NCBI GenBank assembly: GCA_946413585.1
Contig: CAMKLG010000010.1
Location: 437-64,436 of the forward strand
DNA: 64,000 nt
Source: an uncultured Bacteroidales bacterium
GTDB lineage: Bacteria; Bacteroidota; Bacteroidia; Bacteroidales; WCHB1-69
Reading direction: 5' to 3'
The translations under genes and the position numbers were made by a program. This document shows positions 37,481 through 46,100 of this stretch, piece after piece (positions within the stretch are counted from its first letter, which is position 1; the number at the start of each line of letters is the position of its first letter). The notes under the pieces are model-generated. The model saw only the letters and a program-made list of their open reading frames with translations. It had not been told where the DNA came from and did no database searches.

Positions 37481-40003
37481 ATGAAGAAATATAGTATCAT
37501 TCTGATTTTGGTAACTATCTTGCTGTCAGGACTTTGCAAGGTTTATGCACAAGGAGGCTCTATCTTGCGTCCTGCGGATAATCTGTTCAGGGATTGTCAA
37601 TATGAAAACGCCTTGGAAGAATACAAGAAAGGTATCAAAAAGTTGAAATCCAACCGCGTGGAGATTCAGCGCGCCACTTTTCAGATTGCCGAATGCTACC
37701 GCATCATGGGTGACCTCAAGAAGGCCGAGCAACAATATCTCCGTTTGGAAAAGAAGAACTACCAAAAAGACAATCCCATGATTCTCTTCCACTTAGGTAG
37801 CATCTACAATCTGCGTGGCGACTATGACTTGGCCCTGAAATACTATAACAATTATAAGAAACGTGTTGCGGACGACCCGCGCGTGGATGTGCGCATCGAC
37901 GGCTGTAACAAGGCCAAAATGTGGAATGAGAACCCCACTCGCTACGAGGTGGAAAATCTCAAGAAATTCAACACCAAAGAAGATGAATGGGCACCACGCT
38001 GGGCCAACTACGACAAACGTAACGCTATCATGTTCTCCTCCAATCGTGAGGGTTCTGCCGGCAAAGGCACCGACCAATGGACAAACGGCTCTTTCTCAGA
38101 TATTTACATTTCCACAAAGCCCAAGAGCAAAAACACCGACTGGCCGGGCGAATGGTCTCCTGTGGCTTCCATGGACGAAGGCGGTACACTCAACACCGGT
38201 GTGAACGAAGGTGAAGCTTGCGCAAACCGCAAAGGTTCCGTCGTTTATTTCACCAAATGCCCGCAAGACAAGAAGAAAGTGCAAGGCTGCTACATCTACA
38301 AGTCCATGAAGAAGGGTAAAGCGTGGGGCGAAGCAGAACTCGTTTTCCTCGGCGACAGCTCATACAACTATGTGCACCCATATATTTCTGACGATGAATT
38401 GACCATTTGGTTTGCATCCAACATGCCTGGTGGCTACGGCGGCTATGATATCTACACGGCTACCCGTACCAAGAAAACCGGCAAATTCACCAATATCACC
38501 AACTTGGGACCGAAAATCAACACCGAAGGACAGGAAGTTTTCCCGGTGTGGCGCAACGAAGAGGAGTTCTACTTCTCCAGCGATGGCCATCCCGGTCTGG
38601 GCGGTCTTGACCTCTTCGTGTCCCATTACAAAAATGGCGAATTCGGTGACCCTGAGAACCTGATGGTTCCCATCAACTCTTGCGGTGACGAAATCGGCAT
38701 CATCTTCGACGAAAACGAAGCCATCGACCCGAAGTCCAAGTCACCGTATATGGCGAAAGGTTACTTCTCCTCTAACCGTCAAGGCGGCCGCGGCGGCGAC
38801 GATATCTACTACTTCCTCCTCCGCCCGCTGGTCTATACGCTCTCCGGCTATATCCGCGACAAGAACAACGGTCAGTACATGGACGGCGTTGAGGTCGAAA
38901 TTGTCGGCTCCGACGGAACCTCCTACAAGACCACCACGGATGTGAAAGGTTATTATCACTTCGACAAGAGCAAGATTTTGGGCGCTACCACGTACGACAT
39001 CAAAATTGCCAAGAAGGGTTACTGGGAGCGCGGCAACACCGCCAAGCAGACCACCGTTGGCTTGACCGAGAACACCGACCTCAAACAAGATTTCATGCTC
39101 GAGCCCATCCCGAAGGAGCCTATCGTGCTGCCCGAAGTGCAGTACAAGCTGGCAGACTGGACCCTGCAGCCTCAATATAAGGACTCTTTGATGTTCTTAT
39201 ATAATATAATGATACAGAACCCGACCATCGTGGTCGAGTTACGTTCCCACACCGACGCGCGTGACACAGAGGAAAAGAACGACATTTTGTCTCAGAAACG
39301 TGCCCAATCCTGTGTCGATTTCCTCGTACTGGAGAAAGGCATCGCAGCTGACCGTATCGTGCCGAAAGGCTACGGTGAACGTGTACCGCGCCGTTTGGAC
39401 AAAGACATGTACTCTTCCTACAATGGCAAACAATACTTCTTCGCCAAGGGTACTTACCTGACCGAGGATTACATCAACTCTTTGCCTTCCAAGGGCGAGC
39501 AGGAGGCTGCCCACCAGCTGAACCGTCGTACCGAGTTCACCATTTTGCGTGACGACTACGTGCCCACGAACGACACCATTTCGAAGGTGCCCACCAGCAT
39601 TGCCGTTGTCCAAGAGCGCACCGTGCCTGTCACTATCGATGGCGAAACGGTGAAAGGCACTTGCTACGCCAACAGCAAGTCACTGCAGTTCCAGATCGGT
39701 AACAACAGCGAGGAGATCTTCATGAACTACGCCGATGCCACCCGATTCTTGAAGGAGTCCTTCATCAGCTTGGAAGACTTCGAAGAGAAGGCCGGCGCCA
39801 TCAAGCAAGAAGACGGTAGCATCATCGAAGGCGCAGTGCTCTACCTTGAAGAGCTGCGTATCGGCGACGACTACTCCGAAAACGTGAAAGTCACGGTGAA
39901 GAAAGGTCTGCCCGCCGCCATCGTGGTCGGCGACCAATACATCAAGGAGGAATGGGGCGAATTCACCATCGATAAATCACGCAACGTGATTTTGTACCGT
40001 TAA
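37481..40003 (+). CDS. Multidomain OmpA-family protein (TPR, TolB/PD40-like repeats, carboxypeptidase-regulatory-like domain, OmpA_C, extra C-terminal domain)
   Basis: 840 aa. Signal peptide, N-terminal TPR-like helices, and repeated E.AP.....I.F.S.R.GG.G..DIY motifs. OmpA_C signature VELRSHTDARD...LSQKRAQSCVDFL...NRRTEFTI. About 150 further aa follow. Confidence 0.8.
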   Translation: MKKYSIILILVTILLSGLCKVYAQGGSILRPADNLFRDCQYENALEEYKKGIKKLKSNRVEIQRATFQIAECYRIMGDLKKAEQQYLRLEKKNYQKDNPMILFHLGSIYNLRGDYDLALKYYNNYKKRVADDPRVDVRIDGCNKAKMWNENPTRYEVENLKKFNTKEDEWAPRWANYDKRNAIMFSSNREGSAGKGTDQWTNGSFSDIYISTKPKSKNTDWPGEWSPVASMDEGGTLNTGVNEGEACANRKGSVVYFTKCPQDKKKVQGCYIYKSMKKGKAWGEAELVFLGDSSYNYVHPYISDDELTIWFASNMPGGYGGYDIYTATRTKKTGKFTNITNLGPKINTEGQEVFPVWRNEEEFYFSSDGHPGLGGLDLFVSHYKNGEFGDPENLMVPINSCGDEIGIIFDENEAIDPKSKSPYMAKGYFSSNRQGGRGGDDIYYFLLRPLVYTLSGYIRDKNNGQYMDGVEVEIVGSDGTSYKTTTDVKGYYHFDKSKILGATTYDIKIAKKGYWERGNTAKQTTVGLTENTDLKQDFMLEPIPKEPIVLPEVQYKLADWTLQPQYKDSLMFLYNIMIQNPTIVVELRSHTDARDTEEKNDILSQKRAQSCVDFLVLEKGIAADRIVPKGYGERVPRRLDKDMYSSYNGKQYFFAKGTYLTEDYINSLPSKGEQEAAHQLNRRTEFTILRDDYVPTNDTISKVPTSIAVVQERTVPVTIDGETVKGTCYANSKSLQFQIGNNSEEIFMNYADATRFLKESFISLEDFEEKAGAIKQEDGSIIEGAVLYLEELRIGDDYSENVKVTVKKGLPAAIVVGDQYIKEEWGEFTIDKSRNVILYR

Positions 40004-40008
40004 AATAT

Positions 40009-40038
40009 AGAGACGCGATGAATCGCGTCTCTTTTTTT
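40009..40038 (+). terminator. Strong Rho-independent terminator after the OmpA-family gene
   Basis: 10-bp perfect stem AGAGACGCGA / TCGCGTCTCT, loop TGAA, then a T7 run. Confidence 0.9.
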
Positions 40039-40041
40039 ATT

Positions 40042-40461
40042 ATGGCCAATCTTGACATTTTCACCCCGCATTCACACCACGACCAGATTCCCGTGGTGAA
40101 TGGCATCCATGCCGGATTCCCCTCCCCTGCCGAGGATTACGCGGAACCCGTCTTGGACCTCAACCGCTACGTCGTCAAAAACCAAGCCTCTACATTTTAC
40201 GCCCGCATCTCGGGCAACAGCATGGAAGGTGTCGGCATACAGGATGGCGACATTGTGGTCATCGACAAATCCCTGGAGCCTGCCAACGACCAGATTGCCG
40301 TCTGTTTCATCGACGGCGAGTTCACCCTCAAGCGCATCCACATGGAGAACGACCGTCTCTTCCTGATGCCGCACAATCCCTCCTTCCCGCCTATCGAAAT
40401 TACCGAAGAGAATAACTTCCAGGTGTGGGGGATTGTGACGTATGTGATTAAGAGGGTTTAG
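40042..40461 (+). CDS. umuD: Translesion polymerase V accessory subunit UmuD-like (S24 LexA-family peptidase)
   Basis: Start set at the ATG at 40042 (MANLDIF); the ORF-track ATG at 40018 lies inside the terminator stem. AGFPSPAEDY region, catalytic Ser in GNSME, Lys in TLKR. Confidence 0.8.
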   Translation: MANLDIFTPHSHHDQIPVVNGIHAGFPSPAEDYAEPVLDLNRYVVKNQASTFYARISGNSMEGVGIQDGDIVVIDKSLEPANDQIAVCFIDGEFTLKRIHMENDRLFLMPHNPSFPPIEITEENNFQVWGIVTYVIKRV

Positions 40462-40491
40462 GGGTTAGGGGTTAGGGGTTAGGGAATAGGG
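40454..40491 (+). repeat. Telomere-like G-tract array (GGGGTTA)n with G-quadruplex potential
   Basis: GGG TTTA GGGG TTA GGGG TTA GGGG TTA GGG AATA GGG. The umuD stop TAG (40459-61) lies inside the array. Confidence 0.9.
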
Positions 40492-40725
40492 CTTTCCTAG
40501 TCAATAGGGTAAATTCATGGCTTATGACAAACCGTCTAAATAGTTAATAATTAAGCTATTACAAGAAAAACACAACAAATAAAAAAAATTTTTTTCAACA
40601 GACTGCAACCATTTCACTTTTTTGCATCCTATAGTTAAACGCCCGTCATTTTGATGGGTGCTTTGTCAACAATTTGTTGTAGATTAAATATAAAAGTATA
40701 AATAATGAAATTATAGAAATTAGCA

Positions 40726-40733
40726 TATCTTTG
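40726..40733 (+). promoter_or_regulatory. -7 promoter box (TAnnTTTG)
   Basis: TATCTTTG lies 30 nt upstream of the ATG at 40763. Confidence 0.6.
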
Positions 40734-40762
40734 CGGCGTACTATACGCAAGCTTAGATTAGG

Positions 40763-41881
40763 ATGGAAAAACAGATGAGAACGTTCTGGACAAGAGAATA
40801 TCAGCGGAACATCGGCAAAATGATCGGTATTTGTTACCGTTACGTACCCGATAGACCAACAGCAGAGGATTTGGCACACAGTGCTTTTCTGCAAGCCATC
40901 GAAAAGGCTGACACCTTCAAGGGCATCGGTCGTTTCGACAAGTGGCTGATGCGCATCACTGTGAACACCGCCCTGATGCACCTTCGGGAAATCCAGAACA
41001 AACAACACCTGAGCATAAAAGATGAAGTGGAAGATTATGCCGACCCTTTCATGACAGAGGAGGAAACATCTGCTGAAGAGATGATGGATACCATTCGCAA
41101 GGCCGACTTCACCACGGAGGAAATCCTTCGAGCCATCTCAAAACTGCTGGAGAACCACCGCATTGTTCTGAACATGTACGTGTTCGATCACTACACCCAT
41201 CAGCAAATTGCCACGGCCTTAGGGATTTCTGTGAACACATCCAAATCACATCTGATGCGTGCCCGCAAAGAGCTACAAAAGATATTATTCCAAGAGTCTA
41301 AATCAAAAAAACACCCGCTTATGATGATTTTTCCGCTTTTTGCCGCACCCGAAACAGCTATCGATGTCTTTTGCCGTCGGAAACTGGATGGTTTCTCATT
41401 GGCGCCGCTGCACCCGCTGCCAGAATCAAGTTATCCTGCATCAGCCTACAACCAGCTGTCGCTCCGTATGCAACTGCACGCATACCGTTTGCCTATTGCC
41501 GCAGGCTTGACCACCGCTGGAGTGGCAGGAGCTGTCATCCTTGCTAATTCTCTGCCCACTGCAGCCCCCACACCAAATCAACCCAATTACCAGCCCGTTC
41601 CCGTCATCAACGAGCGCACAGACACTTCTCGTCATGAACTCACCGACACAACAGCAAGGGTTCCTGTCGCAACGCCTTCGAAACACCCCCACAAAGTGGC
41701 CACAACTAAACGTTCTACCTCCAACAGCAACAGCAACAGCAACAGTCATAAAACAGAAAGACCAACGCAATCTTCTGATACTCTTGCATCTACTTCCGAA
41801 AGCGAGCATCCTCCTGTCGTAGTGAAAAAGATTCAAAGAAGAAAACGAACTGTTATCATTCAAGATTCATTAAACCGATAA
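40763..41881 (+). CDS. ECF-type sigma-70 family factor with a C-terminal extension containing a predicted TM segment
   Basis: Region 2 is DLAHSAFLQAIEKADTF...WLMRITVNTAL. Region 4 is HYTHQQIATALGISVNTSKSHLMRARKEL. About 180 aa follow, including the hydrophobic LPIAAGLTTAGVAGAVILANSL and a Pro/Thr/Ser-rich tail with SNSNSNSNS from (AACAGC)x4 at 41723-41746. Confidence 0.75.
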   Translation: MEKQMRTFWTREYQRNIGKMIGICYRYVPDRPTAEDLAHSAFLQAIEKADTFKGIGRFDKWLMRITVNTALMHLREIQNKQHLSIKDEVEDYADPFMTEEETSAEEMMDTIRKADFTTEEILRAISKLLENHRIVLNMYVFDHYTHQQIATALGISVNTSKSHLMRARKELQKILFQESKSKKHPLMMIFPLFAAPETAIDVFCRRKLDGFSLAPLHPLPESSYPASAYNQLSLRMQLHAYRLPIAAGLTTAGVAGAVILANSLPTAAPTPNQPNYQPVPVINERTDTSRHELTDTTARVPVATPSKHPHKVATTKRSTSNSNSNSNSHKTERPTQSSDTLASTSESEHPPVVVKKIQRRKRTVIIQDSLNR

Positions 41882-41883
41882 AC

Positions 41884-42579
41884 ATGAAAAAGCATTTGGA
41901 CATCAGGACTTTACTAATTATCGCCTGCTGTTTTATAGGATTTAACACCTACGCACAAGTAGATGAGCCAAAAAACTCATCGGATACCCTGTACATATAC
42001 GATGAGGAAATCATTTACGACACGCTATATCTTCAAGGCCAGCAATTGGACGAGCTGCTTACAAAAGATGAATGGCTGGAAGCGTTTCAAAAGCGTGGAC
42101 TCGGGCAAATCTACTACAACAAAGGAAACTATTGGCTTACGGGCAACGATGAGGTTTATAAGCTCGACAAATCAGACCTGCAGATGCTATTCACGCCCGA
42201 GCAGTATGAAAGGTATCGCAAGGCAAAGACCGGCCAGTATATCAGCATTCCGCTCTATGTGTTGGGTGGGGGTGCGGCAGCCATCGCAGGTATCGGCCTC
42301 GTGCAATTCGGCATGAGTTTTATTGAGTTTGCCAAAGCCGGCACTCAATTCAACAGCGACGCCTCATTTAAGTTCTGGGAAACTGCCATGAGAGGCGTTT
42401 TCTTGTTCGGCGGCGGGCTTATGGTGGCCACCGGCTTTTTCATTCCCGCTGTTATCCTTTCCGTCAAAGGCAAGGTGCAGCTCAACCGCATTGCCGAAGA
42501 ATTCAACACTCCCAGTACATCTTTGCGACTTTCGTTCGGCCCCACCCCAATGGGAGTTGGCGTAAGTCTAACCTTTTGA
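41884..42579 (+). CDS. Hypothetical membrane protein (signal peptide, C-terminal TM segments)
   Basis: 231 aa. Starts 3 nt after the sigma gene stop. Hydrophobic stretches ISIPLYVLGGGAAAIAGIGLVQFG and GVFLFGGGLMVATGFFIPAVILSV. Confidence 0.5.
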   Translation: MKKHLDIRTLLIIACCFIGFNTYAQVDEPKNSSDTLYIYDEEIIYDTLYLQGQQLDELLTKDEWLEAFQKRGLGQIYYNKGNYWLTGNDEVYKLDKSDLQMLFTPEQYERYRKAKTGQYISIPLYVLGGGAAAIAGIGLVQFGMSFIEFAKAGTQFNSDASFKFWETAMRGVFLFGGGLMVATGFFIPAVILSVKGKVQLNRIAEEFNTPSTSLRLSFGPTPMGVGVSLTF

Positions 42580-42681
42580 ACCTATTCAAGCAGGCGACTG
42601 CCGATGTCTTCGTGACACGGACTTCCGCGAAGAGGATCACAGCCGCCTAAAAATATCAACCAGAAGTCCATAAAGAAAAAA

Positions 42682-42897
42682 ATGAAAAAAGTATTAGTGA
42701 TCGTATCAGCAGTTTTCATGTTGGCTGCAGTTTCCACCTCTTGCAACAAAACCGGTTGCCACTGCTACGTCAAAACGGATGTCATGCACATGGCGCCCGT
42801 GTATGAAGACGCAACTTCAAACAAGGAGGAGTGCAAGGCCATGGAGCAGAAGCTCAACGATGAAGAGGGCGTAAGCATTTACAAATGCAATCAATAA
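42682..42897 (+). CDS. Small Cys-rich lipoprotein
   Basis: 71 aa. Signal peptide plus lipobox-like VSTSC. Four more Cys in the roughly 50-aa mature part. Followed by a strong terminator. Confidence 0.5.
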   Translation: MKKVLVIVSAVFMLAAVSTSCNKTGCHCYVKTDVMHMAPVYEDATSNKEECKAMEQKLNDEEGVSIYKCNQ

Positions 42898-42912
42898 GAC
42901 GCAATGCATTTC

Positions 42913-42950
42913 AAACGGCGGGCGCATCTGACACGTCCGCCGTTTTTTTT
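42913..42950 (+). terminator. Rho-independent terminator
   Basis: Stem AAACGGCGGGCG / CGTCCGCCGTTT (one mismatch) followed by a T8 run. Confidence 0.85.
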
Positions 42951-42977
42951 AACGACAACTGGGATAACTGGGACAAC
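42951..42977 (+). repeat. 27-nt direct repeat, left copy (9-mer array GACAACTGG-like)
   Basis: AACGACAACTGGGATAACTGGGACAAC matches 48865-48891 at 26 of 27 positions. Confidence 0.9.
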
Positions 42978-42994
42978 TATTATTTGAAAAAGTG

Positions 42995-43002
42995 TATTTT
43001 TG
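42995..43002 (+). promoter_or_regulatory. -7 promoter box (TAnnTTTG) for the A2M gene
   Basis: TATTTTTG lies 133 nt upstream of the ATG at 43135. Confidence 0.55.
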
Positions 43003-43013
43003 CGTGCGGGAAA

Positions 43014-43058
43014 GAGGGTCGAGGGAATAGGCAATAGGGAATTGTAGGGTTTGTAGGG
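43014..43058. repeat. G-rich heptamer array (GAGGGAA/TAGGCAA/TAGGGAA/TTGTAGG)
   Basis: Six 7-nt units, the complement family of the CCCTATT/CCCTACT arrays. Confidence 0.75.
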
Positions 43059-43108
43059 ATGTCATAATATGGCATCCATGGTTGTAGGGATGTCATACCA
43101 TGGCATCC
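43051..43108 (+). promoter_or_regulatory. Two tandem 27-bp repeats, each holding a 21-bp imperfect palindrome (candidate operator pair)
   Basis: TTGTAGGGATGTCATAATATGGCATCC (43051-77) and TTGTAGGGATGTCATACCATGGCATCC (43082-108). Palindrome core GGATGTCAT-N3-ATGGCATCC. 31-bp spacing. Confidence 0.6.
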
Positions 43109-43134
43109 GTAGTCATGGTCAAAATCAAAGTCAC

Positions 43135-46100
43135 ATGAAAAACCTCACTTACAAATTGGTCATCACAGTGCTCTTCGTATGCAGCGCGGGGTACGTGCAG
43201 GCGCAGAGTGATTTGCAGACGTTCCGTGCGAACTACGAACGGCTACAACAGATATACAGTCCCGACGAGCCGGACGCGATTTGGATGGCGGATTCGTTGG
43301 CGAACATTGCGCCACAACCGTATCGAGGCGTTTACCACTTCCTCGTGGCGCAGATGCTCTCCAAACGTCGCGCGTTTTTAGGGATGAGATGTGATGCCAG
43401 CGATATACGAGATGTGATGAAATGGTCTGATTCAGAAACGACGGCCAACACGATGCGCTATGCAGACACAGCTTTTAAGCAGCTATTCGAGTATGGTCTG
43501 ATACCTGCAGACAGTTTTAGATTTATGATCGTACCGGGCAACGTCCTCCAGATTCCCGAAATGACCCTGGCAGATTTGATTCTGATGAGTACTTTGCAAT
43601 ATCCACTGTTCAATTGGGAACTAAACGAAGTAACGTACAACGCCATAGACTTAGCCCTTCAATACCATAAAAACAAGGGCAATCAGCGGATTCTGCTGGA
43701 GTATGAAATCAGTAAACTCTATTTTTATCCCTTTGACGCCGAAGATACGCCTGAGGAGAGTCCGATTTGGCAAGGTCTGATGCGTTTGGAAAAAGAATAT
43801 GGTCCGCAAACCGCCATTGACTATCAAAAAGGGGTATTTCTGCACGACTATCTGAAAAACACCCCGCCGTCGTCTGAAACGGTGCAACGAGAATACAGTC
43901 TCTTGGGCAAAACGTGTTTCGACAAAGTGTTGGTTTCTTCCGTAGATACGTTCTACAAGGAGAATGCCCGTCTAATTCTAGAAGATATCACAAACCAGGA
44001 AATCTCCTTGATGCAGATGCCGAAGAACCTGCCGCCCGCGCCAAAAATCCTGTTGCCCGTCAGTTACCGCAACCTCGACACGCTCTATGTCTCCGTATAT
44101 CGCATCGACAAATCAAAAGATATCAGTTTCTGGGCTTCTACGCGAACCCATATTAATAAATATATAGAAAAAGGCAGGCTTCAAGGTCCCATGATGCAGC
44201 AACGTTTCCTGCTCCCGAACCCAGTACCCTACTATTTCTGCCACACCGACCTCTTTTTAGACAGTCTGCCGAAGGGGAATTACCTGCTTCTTTACCAGAC
44301 CACACCACAGTATGACACCAATACCGTCCTGATGTTCAATACATTGGATGTCACTTCCATCAAAATAGAAGAGATCTGTCATGCGAACAAGCATTATCTT
44401 ACCTTTATGGATGCCGTCACGGGCGCGCCGCTTTCCGGTCTGAAAGTGACCAAAGAGAACCTCTCCGGCGTGCGTCTCTATCGCAAAACCGACCGCAACG
44501 GAATGCTCAGGATCCACCGATCCGAAGAATCATGGAGATGGGATCATTTCGTGAACGACGGTCCTGACTGTGTGGTGGATTACATGGTCTATGACCCAAT
44601 GGATATAATTGACGAAGACGACGAAAAGCCAAGCATCTATCGCGGGCGATACTATGCACATTACGGTGAAACGATTCCCTCTGCCATTGTCTTGGATCGT
44701 CCGGTTTATCGGCCCGGACAGACCGTCTATTTCAAGGTCTATAAGGTTCAAGGTCACAAGATGGATGTAAATAGTTCGATTATTGTGGAATTGCGTGACA
44801 GAGCGGACAAAGTGGTGGAGAGCATCGAGCTGAGAACCAATAAATTCGGTACAGTGGCCGGACAATTCACCCTGCCCGAGACCATGACGTATGGAGGGTA
44901 TGGAGGGAAACTGTGCATCCGAGAGAAAGGAAATGTCACTAACTGGCAAACATTCAGTATTTCCGCGTACAAGTTACCCACATTCAAGCTGGAACTTCGA
45001 CATGTGGTCGAGCCATTGACCATCGGCGACAGTGTGCATTTTGTCGGACGTGCGGTCTCGTTCACCGGCGATCCCATCCGTTTCGCCAATGTCACCGTCT
45101 CAGTGTACAACAACCGATACAATTCTAAAACCCGAACGCTATATGCGTTGCAGACCGACGAAAAGGGTGATTTCCATTTCACATATCCCACGTATGACAC
45201 GAACGTCTATTCGTATTATATTGACGCTAAAGCTACGGTTACGGATATCAACGGCGAGACGCAACAGACCGCCCACAGTCTCTATCTTGACAGCAAACCA
45301 TTCAAGATAGTGGCTTCTATGCTGAATTCAATAGACCTTTCCCTCCATGACACGCTCAAAAGTTCGATTTGTGTCACCGAAGTCTATAATGGTCATGAGC
45401 CAATGGCGATTCCCGTGAAGGTGGAGGTTTTTCGGGTGGAGGAACCCAACCTTTCCCGCCCGTTGATCTATCGGTACTACAAGAAACCAACTCATCCTCT
45501 CTATTCTGAAGAAGAATACCACCGTTATTTCCCGAATTACTCCTTCATCGACTTGACTTGGAAACACTCTCTATGGCCTGTCAAGGAACAAGTATTTACT
45601 ACCGAAGGATTTTTCATGAAGGATACGTTGAAAATACCAGTAAGCAAATGGGGTACTGGAAGTTACCGCATACAGTTGACCGCCACTGACAGTTTGGGGC
45701 GGAGTGATACCACACTCAAATTTGTCAAACTGACCCGTTCAACGGATTCTTTGCCTACCGACAACAGTTGTCTTAGCGTGAATATCTTGGAGCGTACTTC
45801 CCGCACGGTAAAAGTGTCCGTCTCCACCATTCTGCGCGACGCCACCGTATATTGCTATGTTTCACATGGAAAGAAAACGGTCACCAATCAAGTGCTGAAA
45901 CTGAGCGAAAGAAACCAGCAAATGACTTTCAAAATTCGCCATTCTCCGTACAATGTCACAGTTTTCTGCTTCCTTGCGCACAATAACCAGATTTATTGTG
46001 ACGGGAAGAAATCTTTCGACGAAACCTTTATCCAGAAGCATATTCGCCCCGGCACTTTGACCTTGAACATGATTCGATGGAACAGCACGTTGTATCCAGG

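Noticed and set aside
40018-40041. ORF-track start of umuD at 40018 (MNRVSFFI...)
   Set aside because: This ATG and the next 7 codons are the terminator stem-loop and T-run of the preceding gene. The family-typical N-terminus begins at MANLDIF (40042).
41723-41746. (AACAGC)x4 hexanucleotide repeat as a phase-variation switch in the sigma gene
   Set aside because: The period is a multiple of 3, so slippage would only add or remove Ser-Asn pairs in a disordered tail and could not switch the frame.
43069-43134. N-terminal extension of the A2M ORF (MASMVVGMSYHGIRSHGQNQSH)
   Set aside because: It is encoded by the two palindromic 27-bp repeats. A canonical signal/lipobox-like sequence starts at the ATG at 43135. 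The point remains uncertain and is noted under the operator finding.
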